Part shown: in pieces, positions 28,420 to 35,134 of the stretch
Numbering within the stretch: position 1 is the first letter of the stretch
How the letters are laid out: each line of letters begins with the position of its first letter
Source: Candidatus Onthoplasma faecigallinarum
GTDB lineage: Bacteria > Bacillota > Clostridia > Christensenellales > UBA1242
Direction of reading: 5' to 3'
Assembly (NCBI GenBank): GCA_018715225.1
Contig: DVMB01000071.1
Location: 1 to 35,134, forward strand
Length of the DNA stretch: 35,134 nt
The notes under the pieces: generated by a model
Databases searched by the model: none
What the model was told of the DNA's origin: nothing
The model's input: only the letters and a program-made list of their open reading frames with translations
Position numbers and translations under genes: made by a program

Positions 28420-28944
28420 TTAATTAAATAAACTCAAAATCCATTCAAGAATTTTTGATTTATATTTAATTTGCATTGAGTTTTCATTTTTATTCACAAA
28501 ACACAAAGGTGGATACATCACACACCACCAATTATCTCCAACCGCATCGCCCAATTCTACAATGACCGCATCATAATATCCCGACTCCAAAGTGGTATTG
28601 CTGTATGTCCTTGTGGGGAAATATTCATTGTTTATTTTTATATTGACAGAATAATTAAACCCCTCCTCACGCAACACATTTTGACATACATTTATCAGTG
28701 TTGGAGTCAAATTCTCTATTATGTCGATCGCCTCTGCTTTACTAGGCACATTACATAGATATGGCGTCAAATATTCTACCAATGTATCCTTCACTTTATA
28801 TTTAACATTTTGGTCGGCTGTCGTATTGCTGTTTGCCCGTATATGTATACGTAGATAATCATATTCCTCACTCTCTGGCAATGCTATACCCATGCACACA
28901 ATACCCACTATCAGCAAAACTATTATTATCACTTTCTTTTTCAT
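28420..28944 (-). CDS. spoIIR: Stage II sporulation protein R
   Basis: LRIHIRANS...DQ.VK.KVKD, FPTR.Y......G.Y.A....LG...G.NWWCV.YPPLCF. Confidence 0.96.
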   Translation of the reverse strand: MKKKVIIIVLLIVGIVCMGIALPESEEYDYLRIHIRANSNTTADQNVKYKVKDTLVEYLTPYLCNVPSKAEAIDIIENLTPTLINVCQNVLREEGFNYSVNIKINNEYFPTRTYSNTTLESGYYDAVIVELGDAVGDNWWCVMYPPLCFVNKNENSMQIKYKSKILEWILSLFN

Positions 28945-28965
28945 AACCTGATCTTTGGCCGTTAC

Positions 28966-28997
28966 AAAAAAATAATACGCACGAATTTGTGCGTATT
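28966..28997 (-). terminator. Intrinsic terminator after the amidase gene
   Basis: 9-bp stem AATACGCAC/GTGCGTATT followed on the minus strand by ATTTTTTT. Confidence 0.75.
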
Positions 28998-29024
28998 TAA
29001 AAGGAAAAACAAAGAAAATACATA

Positions 29025-30083
29025 TTAGTTTGGATTTGCTCTCCCCGAGCTAGCCTCTAATGCCCTCCATGTATTAGCACCAACTATCCCGTCCACGGTC
29101 AAACCATTTTCGCTCTGGAAAGAGCGTACCGCATTCTCTGTCTCCGGGCCGAAAATTCCATCTAAATCAGTTATAGGATATAGGTACGACAACAACAAAC
29201 GCTGCAAGTACAGGACAGCACTCCTTCTACTTCCTCTACGCAGGACATATGCAGTTGGGTCAATGTTCAACAACGCTGACCAAGTATTTGGACCCACTAT
29301 ACCATCTTGAGTTAGACCATTGTTTGCCTGGAAATTGATGACTGCTCTATAAGTATTCCCGCCAAAAATGCCATCTGTTTGCAAGCCATAACCGTATTGA
29401 TTCAAAAGGTATTGCAACATTTCTACAAAATTATTACGATCTCCCTGCCTAACCAATGGTAAATTTTGAATTTCCCTGGCGACATATGGTACACCTAAAA
29501 AGTTACATACACCAATGCATGTACTCTCCCCAACATTCAACACAAAACTTGGGTTGAGCATAAGTTTCGCCTCTTCAAAATTGGTCATAAACCCAGCCTC
29601 CACTAGACTAGACGGAAAATTCACATTCGAAAGCACGCCTATAGATGTTGTTCCAACGAATCGACCTCTCCTTCCTGTATTGTTGACCAGTTGTTCAAAG
29701 ATCTCTTCACTCAACTGTCTACTCTGTTCTGGATATGGGTTGTAAGGGCTGTAGTAGACTTCTATCCCTTGAGCAGAGTTGAAACTCGTTCCCGTACCAA
29801 AAGCGTTATAGGCAAAAGTTACCAATAAACTAAGTCCCGCCCGATTGGCTCTAACCACTCGTGTAGAGACGCTTATATCCTGTATCTCTGGGTGCACGTC
29901 GTACACATTATATCCACATCTTAGACACGCTATTATAAAATCAATTTTTGCTTGTTTATTAAATTCGTTCTCATAAAAACTCCTACCTATATACGGCATA
30001 ATAGGAGTTCTCTTTCCTGCCGTGGGCGGATTGAGCCCATGTTCATCATTCGCTCCAATCAAAAAATCACTTGCTATTGCCAT
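29025..30083 (-). CDS. N-acetylmuramoyl-L-alanine amidase (Amidase_3-like) with two C-terminal PG_binding_1 domains
   Basis: Start moved to ATG 30083 (SD GAGGTG). HG...GKRTP...E.EFN, R..RAN, G.EVYY, LVE.GFMTN..EA, and two 'V..LQ..L...DG.FG..T..AV..FQ..NGL..DGIVG.NTW' repeats. Confidence 0.88.
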   Translation of the reverse strand: MAIASDFLIGANDEHGLNPPTAGKRTPIMPYIGRSFYENEFNKQAKIDFIIACLRCGYNVYDVHPEIQDISVSTRVVRANRAGLSLLVTFAYNAFGTGTSFNSAQGIEVYYSPYNPYPEQSRQLSEEIFEQLVNNTGRRGRFVGTTSIGVLSNVNFPSSLVEAGFMTNFEEAKLMLNPSFVLNVGESTCIGVCNFLGVPYVAREIQNLPLVRQGDRNNFVEMLQYLLNQYGYGLQTDGIFGGNTYRAVINFQANNGLTQDGIVGPNTWSALLNIDPTAYVLRRGSRRSAVLYLQRLLLSYLYPITDLDGIFGPETENAVRSFQSENGLTVDGIVGANTWRALEASSGRANPN

Positions 30084-30367
30084 TTTCACCTCATAATCTT
30101 GTATGAGTATGGATTGAAAAATGTTAATATTTTTATTTACATACATTAAACTACTCTTTATTCTATTGCAAGAAATAATATATATAATAATCATGTAAAT
30201 ATTGATACCTAAATAAATTATAGATAGACAGCAAAATTAAACTCTCAATCAACTGACAAACTTAATCAAAATCTTAAATTATCTTTGAATACAAAAAATT
30301 GAGATAAAATCTATATATAAAGAAAACAATTTTCTTACGAAAATATGTTTTGTTGTTAACACAATAA

Positions 30368-30397
30368 AAAATTTTAAGCTTTTTAACTTAAAATTTT
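30368..30397 (-). terminator. AT-rich inverted repeat, possible terminator of the hisS-hyd-HD operon
   Basis: AAAATTTTAAG-8 nt-CTTAAAATTTT. The stem is weak. Confidence 0.35.
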
Positions 30398-30461
30398 ATT
30401 TTTTATTATTTTATTTAATAATTTACAAATTAAAATTTTTAATAAAATTTATGTCAATAAT

Positions 30462-31049
30462 TTACTCGTCTAAGTAAGTAGCCATAAAATCTGCCATATG
30501 CATCAATACACAATTAGGATATCTTGTGAATGCTTCACTCAAATCAGTGCCAGCCTGTGCTCGTGGATCAAATCCTCCCATGTGCCAGTTGATACACATT
30601 GCTTCTTCTCTGGTTAGACGCATATATCCGCTTATGATATATACAGATTTCTCCCCGTGCCCATAAGGTAATGTGTTGTGATACGCATAATATGGAACTT
30701 GCACCCATTGCCCATCGATCTTTTGATTTTTATAATCTAAGGTATAGGTGTTGACTTTACATATGTCATGTAGCAACGAGATAATTGCTATACTTTCATT
30801 CGATATATGTTTTTCATAATCATCTCCATATTCGTTGATGATTAGATTTTTGAATCTATTGTACACATTGATAGAATGAGATGCCAGTCCTCCCTCAAAG
30901 ACGGAATGCCTCCTGCCCGACGCTGGAGCGGTGAAAAAATCACATGAATTCATTAGATAATCAAGCAATTTATCTGCTCCCTCTCGCTTTATGTTTTCTT
31001 TATAGATTTTAATAAATTCGTCTTTGTATTCTTGTGCTGACTTTTCCAT
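30462..31049 (-). CDS. HD-domain phosphohydrolase
   Basis: APAS..H....GGL..HS, LLHDICK, GHGEKS, I.WHMG, H.AD. SD AGGAG. Confidence 0.9.
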   Translation of the reverse strand: MEKSAQEYKDEFIKIYKENIKREGADKLLDYLMNSCDFFTAPASGRRHSVFEGGLASHSINVYNRFKNLIINEYGDDYEKHISNESIAIISLLHDICKVNTYTLDYKNQKIDGQWVQVPYYAYHNTLPYGHGEKSVYIISGYMRLTREEAMCINWHMGGFDPRAQAGTDLSEAFTRYPNCVLMHMADFMATYLDE

Positions 31050-31056
31050 ATCTCTC

Positions 31057-32364
31057 CTATCTTTCTTTGTATGTTGTATGCAAATACTGCTTTGCTTTGT
31101 CGCTCAAAGGTGCGGTCAAAAATTCATCATAGAGCATTTTGATCACAGGGTTTTCATAACTAGATTTCAGTTTCATAATATCATCCTGATGATACAAATT
31201 TTCTGCTCTCTTTATTACAGCGGTATCATTATCTGCCTGTTTTGGCTGACCGCCTCCGCCTACACACCCATTTGGACAAGCCATAACTTCTATCATATCA
31301 AAATGCTTGGATTTTAATTTGTCTAGCACAGTTCTAGCCGCCATAGTACCAAAAATGACACACAACTTGACATCTCTACCTAGCAATTTGACTGTAGCCG
31401 TCTTCACATCTTTGTATCCACGCAATTTCTTGAAATGCAACAGATCAGCTGGTGGATTTTCTCCTGTCGTAATATGGTATGCCGTCCTGACCGCTGCCTC
31501 CATCACTCCACCACTGGCTCCAAAGATCACTCCCGCTCCACTTCCAGTAGGGAACGCCTCGTCAAAAGGAGTGTCTTTCAAAGATTTGAAATTGATCTTT
31601 TGTTTTTTCAAAAGTTTTCCCATCTCTCTAGCAGACACAACAAAATCTGTATCCTGCCCATAGAGCCCACGGAGTTCATCTCTCTTTATCTCAAATTTTT
31701 TTGCCACACATGGCGTCATAGCGACTAGGACGATGTCGCTTGGATCAACCTTTATCTTCTTTGAAAAATAATTTTTTATGACGCTTGCTTGCATTGATAT
31801 AGGACTTTTGCAACTAGATAAATTAGGTATGTATTTAGGATAAAAAGTCTCAACAAACTTTACCCATGCAGGACAACAACTGGTAAACTGTGGCAAAACC
31901 TTGTTGTTTTTTATCCTGTCGATAAGTTCACTAGCCTCTTCCATGATTGTGAGATCCGCACCAAATGCCACATCAAAAACATAGTCCGCACCCAACTTCT
32001 TTAATGCCGATACCATTTTGCCAGCGACAAATTCGCCCGCAGGATAATTGAACATCTCGCCTAGGGACACTCTAACCGCTGGGCTTGTCATGATTATCAC
32101 TGTCTTTTCTTTGTTGTTGATAGCGTCCATGAGAGACGCCGTATCATCTTGCTCAACGATGGACTCAACTGGGCAGACATTTGCACATTGTCCACAATTG
32201 ATGCACACAATGTCTTCACTATCATATTTCCAATAGCCCGCAACACCCATTTTCTTTTTGCAGACGTCTTTGCATTTTCCACAAAGCACACACTTGTTTT
32301 CTCTTCTCTTTATACTTGGGTTGTCATGACTGATTGGGACTCTTATCTCACTGTATTTATCCAT
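31057..32364 (-). CDS. hydA: Monomeric group A [FeFe]-hydrogenase with a 2x[4Fe-4S] domain
   Basis: CxxCxxCxxxC twice, H-cluster P1 TSCCPAW, P2 TPCVAKKFE and P3 EVMACPNGCVGGGGQP, and a C-terminal small-subunit-like 'S.ENP....LY....LHT.Y'. Confidence 0.93.
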   Translation of the reverse strand: MDKYSEIRVPISHDNPSIKRRENKCVLCGKCKDVCKKKMGVAGYWKYDSEDIVCINCGQCANVCPVESIVEQDDTASLMDAINNKEKTVIIMTSPAVRVSLGEMFNYPAGEFVAGKMVSALKKLGADYVFDVAFGADLTIMEEASELIDRIKNNKVLPQFTSCCPAWVKFVETFYPKYIPNLSSCKSPISMQASVIKNYFSKKIKVDPSDIVLVAMTPCVAKKFEIKRDELRGLYGQDTDFVVSAREMGKLLKKQKINFKSLKDTPFDEAFPTGSGAGVIFGASGGVMEAAVRTAYHITTGENPPADLLHFKKLRGYKDVKTATVKLLGRDVKLCVIFGTMAARTVLDKLKSKHFDMIEVMACPNGCVGGGGQPKQADNDTAVIKRAENLYHQDDIMKLKSSYENPVIKMLYDEFLTAPLSDKAKQYLHTTYKER

Positions 32365-32367
32365 AAA

Positions 32368-33621
32368 TTATCCTTTGTTTAATATTTTTATTTCTACATC
32401 ATTGCTATAATCTTTGTAAGTCGTAACCGCATTGGCTACCTCTACAATTTTTTCATAAAAATTTTTCATGTTTTTAGGTCTAGCATATAGAGATACATTA
32501 TAGTTTTGTTGTAATTTTTCTTTCGCTTGATACACTTTCAATATATCGTCATCTTGATCGTATAATAAAATTAGGTTCTGTCTAGAAGATAGATGCACTT
32601 TTCTCTCAGCCAAAAGCATGGCGACTGGTTCGAATCCTATACTGCACCCAACTGCTGGAACACTGTTTCCGGTCAATTTTTCCACCATTTTGTCATATCT
32701 TCCGCCACCGCCGATTGCTCCAGAGAAGCCATCGGTATATATCTCATACACAGTGCCTGTATAATAGCCCTGTCCACGTACAATGGATATGTCGAATATT
32801 ATTTGAAAACGGTTGCCAGTAAGTTTCCCTAAATTTTCGATTAAATATTTGACATTGTTCACTACCGACTCATCAACCCCGTATTTTACAGATACATCTA
32901 TTCCGTTTTTTATGACATCGTTGATTGTGTCTACAAGGTTGTTTATCTTATCCGTATCAAAGCCTTTTTCTATCAACTCCATCATGACGCCTGTGATAGA
33001 AATTTTGTCTATCTTGTCTAGCGTAACGCATACCGTAGACACGTCCTCGTCCGCAAAGCCAGATGATCGCACAAGCGTGTTTAAAATTCGCCTATCATTT
33101 ATACGCAAAGTCAACTTTTCAAACCCCAATGAATAAAGCGTATCTAAACTTGTTTTCAATAGATCCAACTCAGCACTTATGCTCGTGTCGCCGAATATGT
33201 CAATATCGCATTGAATGAATTGTCTATTTCTGCCCCTTTGTGGACGCTCCGCTCTAAACGCCGAACCTATCTGGATAGATTTGAAGGGAGTGGGCAATTT
33301 TTCTCTATTGTTGGAGTACATTCTCACTAGAGGAACTGTTAGATCATATCTAAGACCCTCTTCCACGATGTCCGCTTCTGTCAAATTCGGTTTTGATAGA
33401 TCCAATTTGTCTCCACGCCTGATTGTCTTGAACATGAGACGCAAGTTGTCTCCACCCTCACTGCTATTCAAAAATTCTAGATTTTCTAGAATAGGTGTAT
33501 CTATCAAATTGTAGCCGTTGGACATATAACTATCTAGGATGATTCTCCTAAGACTTTCTCTTAAAGTCGCTTCATTTGGTAGATAATCAGCAGTCCCCCG
33601 TATTGGATTAAAATTCTTCAT
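32368..33621 (-). CDS. hisS: Histidine--tRNA ligase
   Basis: Start moved to ATG 33621 (SD AGGAG). RG..DYLP, LRYDLTVP, motif 2 FRAERPQ.GR.RQF.Q, HisA RG.GYY, HisB GGRYD. Confidence 0.93.
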   Translation of the reverse strand: MKNFNPIRGTADYLPNEATLRESLRRIILDSYMSNGYNLIDTPILENLEFLNSSEGGDNLRLMFKTIRRGDKLDLSKPNLTEADIVEEGLRYDLTVPLVRMYSNNREKLPTPFKSIQIGSAFRAERPQRGRNRQFIQCDIDIFGDTSISAELDLLKTSLDTLYSLGFEKLTLRINDRRILNTLVRSSGFADEDVSTVCVTLDKIDKISITGVMMELIEKGFDTDKINNLVDTINDVIKNGIDVSVKYGVDESVVNNVKYLIENLGKLTGNRFQIIFDISIVRGQGYYTGTVYEIYTDGFSGAIGGGGRYDKMVEKLTGNSVPAVGCSIGFEPVAMLLAERKVHLSSRQNLILLYDQDDDILKVYQAKEKLQQNYNVSLYARPKNMKNFYEKIVEVANAVTTYKDYSNDVEIKILNKG

Positions 33622-33631
33622 ACAAGCTCCT

Positions 33632-33665
33632 AAAAAAATAATTGCAAATTTTGTTTGCAATTATT
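33632..33665 (-). terminator. Hairpin plus U-tract after veg, overlapping the hisS promoter
   Basis: 12-bp inverted repeat AATAATTGCAAA/TTTGCAATTATT running into T7 on the minus strand. Confidence 0.6.
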
Positions 33666-33691
33666 ATAGGAAAAATAAACTTTTAAGTCAA
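33663..33691 (-). promoter_or_regulatory. sigmaA-type promoter of hisS
   Basis: Minus strand reads TTGACT-17 nt-TATAAT. The -35 overlaps the veg stop codon. Confidence 0.8.
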
Positions 33692-33927
33692 TCATTTGAT
33701 ATCTTTACTTCTCCACACAATATATCATTATATGAATATGTGTAGACCGAGTTTATATCTGTAGAACAAGATTTCACAGTAAACACACTGTTGTATACAT
33801 CTTCTATCCTTGCACGTAAACTGCTGATTTTCCTGCGTCCACGGTTTATATATAAATTGACTTCTTGTCCTTTCAGCATCATGATTTTCTGTTTAATGTT
33901 CTCTACTGTGTTTGGCATTTTTTTCAT
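33688..33927 (-). CDS. veg: Veg-family protein
   Basis: IK......G..V.L..NRGR.K......I..VY.SVFTV........YSY.DIL.GEV. Confidence 0.93.
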   Translation of the reverse strand: MKKMPNTVENIKQKIMMLKGQEVNLYINRGRRKISSLRARIEDVYNSVFTVKSCSTDINSVYTYSYNDILCGEVKISND

Positions 33928-33961
33928 AGTCCACCCCTAGATATTTTTTGCCGAAAAAACA

Positions 33962-33991
33962 ATATTAATCACTGACGACAATATTAGTCAA
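33962..33991 (-). promoter_or_regulatory. Possible sigmaA promoter of veg
   Basis: TTGACT-18 nt-TAATAT, with SD GGGGTGG before the ATG. Confidence 0.45.
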
Positions 33992-33992
33992 A

Positions 33993-34832
33993 TTAATCTA
34001 GATAATCAATTAGATTGTCAGGAGCCTCTTCAAATACAGTATTCACTTTTGAATGATGACAGACCCCCGCATATAAATTCAAAAGAAAATGCAGGTCATA
34101 ATGCTTCAACAAAAATTCAATCTTCTCTTTTGTGCGTGGCACATGCCTAAATTTTCGTGCAAAATTTCCGTCCTCTATTATATCTTCGATAGGTACAGCC
34201 ATATTTTTGGTCAAATAACTGCTGATTATATTGACAAGTAAAAGCAGAGTTCGGTCTATAAGTTGATCTGTCAAAAATTGGTAATACGCTTGTTCGCCTT
34301 TTTGATCTATGATGCTAGATAAATATAGATATATTGGGTGCAGATTATCGACATCGACATTTTTTAAATTCAAAATATTTTCATATATATCCAAAGCCTT
34401 TTTCTCCTCGCCCTCGGCTATAATTTTCTTTTTGACATTGAATAGATGTACAGTGTCCCAATATGGACTGGTCTCGTCTAGATCTTCTCCCACATCTAAT
34501 ATTTTACTGATATATTCTAGTTCAGCAATGTCGTCAATGATAAATATTTGATTGACATCTCCGCCCTCTAGGTCAAATATGTCTATGCAAAAGACATTTT
34601 CTCCACGCCTCACACCCAATAGCACAAAATCTGGGCTATTCTTTATATAACCAACCAATGGACTATATTCTTTAGGAAAATCGGTGTGCCTTAGTCCTAG
34701 ATTGTCAACAAAACAAAGTTCGATCTCTCCGTCTAAATCTCCAATGTGGCTATCTTTCAGTTTGATAGAAATATTGAATTTTTTTTTATTTTCTTTCGTC
34801 CTACTTATTTTACTTATTAAATTTTCATCCAT
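33993..34832 (-). CDS. Hypothetical protein (probably leaderless; start moved to ATG 34832)
   Basis: Long ORF. The upstream 'MSGLWWYNNV' stretch coincides with a promoter. No family recognised. Confidence 0.7.
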   Translation of the reverse strand: MDENLISKISRTKENKKKFNISIKLKDSHIGDLDGEIELCFVDNLGLRHTDFPKEYSPLVGYIKNSPDFVLLGVRRGENVFCIDIFDLEGGDVNQIFIIDDIAELEYISKILDVGEDLDETSPYWDTVHLFNVKKKIIAEGEEKKALDIYENILNLKNVDVDNLHPIYLYLSSIIDQKGEQAYYQFLTDQLIDRTLLLLVNIISSYLTKNMAVPIEDIIEDGNFARKFRHVPRTKEKIEFLLKHYDLHFLLNLYAGVCHHSKVNTVFEEAPDNLIDYLD

Positions 34833-34838
34833 GACATT

Positions 34839-34867
34839 ATTATACCACCAAAGTCCGCTCATTTCAA
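34839..34867 (-). promoter_or_regulatory. sigmaA-type promoter 6 nt before the ATG
   Basis: TTGAAA-17 nt-TATAAT with TG at the extended -10 position, then AATGTC-ATG. Confidence 0.75.
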
Positions 34868-34877
34868 TAGCAAAATG

Positions 34878-34902
34878 AAAAAAACTGGACTATTGCCCAG
34901 CC
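34878..34902 (-). terminator. Intrinsic terminator
   Basis: Minus strand reads GGCTGGGC-AATA-GTCCAGTTTTTTT, directly at the stop codon. Confidence 0.8.
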
Positions 34903-35134
34903 TAATCATCATCTTCTTCGTCATCGTCGTCATCGTCATCATCATCTTCGTCGTCGTCATCGTCGTCTTCTTCGTCGTCAATGATGCCAAGATCTAGGTC
35001 GTCATCATCATCGTCATCTTCATCATCGTCATCCTTATCTAGATCATCGGAAAAATCAAACTCGTCTACAATACCTGTAGTGTCTTCCAATTCGTCTTGA
35101 TCATAAATATCATCTGTCAAGCCATCATCGTCTT
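34902..35134 (-). CDS. C-terminal Asp/Glu-rich tail of a gene starting beyond the window
   Basis: The frame stays open to the window edge (DDDGLTDDIY...), has poly-D/E runs and is followed by a terminator. Identity cannot be determined here. Confidence 0.7.
   Translation of the reverse strand, partial: DDDGLTDDIYDQDELEDTTGIVDEFDFSDDLDKDDDDEDDDDDDDLDLGIIDDEEDDDDDDEDDDDDDDDDEEDDD

Noticed and set aside
28945-28982. sigmaF promoter for spoIIR (GTATT...GGCCAAAGAT)
   Set aside because: Biologically expected, but the spacing and -10 match are too poor to call.
30084-30461. AT-rich 380-nt intergenic region as a possible ncRNA, riboswitch or CRISPR array, and the ORF extension to 30194
   Set aside because: No GC-containing stems, riboswitch motifs or spaced repeats. 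The SD supports the start at 30083.
136-34878. Numerous 60-140 aa ORFs antisense to or nested in long genes (e.g. 3295-3645, 4691-5023, 16727-17146, 31307-31663)
   Set aside because: They are shadows of well-supported genes, with no SD or recognisable motifs.
1-35134. Genetic-code reassignment as an explanation for the several missing catalytic residues
   Set aside because: The substituted sites use different codons (GCA, GCC, GCG, CCA, AAG). AGG and CGG fall at Arg-compatible positions in PheT, the ATPase and SpoIIR, and TGA/TAG act as stops.

Overview
Chromosomal, low-GC window from an endospore-forming Firmicute, most likely an uncultured Clostridia lineage (inferred from gene content, not from a search). 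Housekeeping genes are the 3' part of pheT, hisS, veg, an acyl-ACP thioesterase, a P-type ATPase and a group A [FeFe]-hydrogenase. Sporulation and germination genes are a gerA-type ABC receptor operon, spoIIR-sleB-ypeB, a PRC-barrel protein, a ferritin-like protein and a PG-binding amidase. There are two very large Tyr/Asn/Thr/Asp-rich surface proteins: a 1483-aa lipoprotein with Fn3-like repeats and a Cys-less transglutaminase-like domain, and a 2711-aa membrane-anchored Ig-like-repeat protein. The most novel-looking element is at 14.9-17.1 kb: a divergent DisA_N (diadenylate-cyclase-fold) protein with non-canonical DGI/RKR motifs beside a SLOG/YspA-like gene and an XRE regulator that share a double-palindrome operator. 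Several proteins lack normally invariant residues, several genes look leaderless, and three sigmaA-type promoters have an inverted repeat over the -10/+1 region. No rRNA, tRNA, CRISPR array, transposase or phage module was seen. All family calls come from motif recognition by eye.
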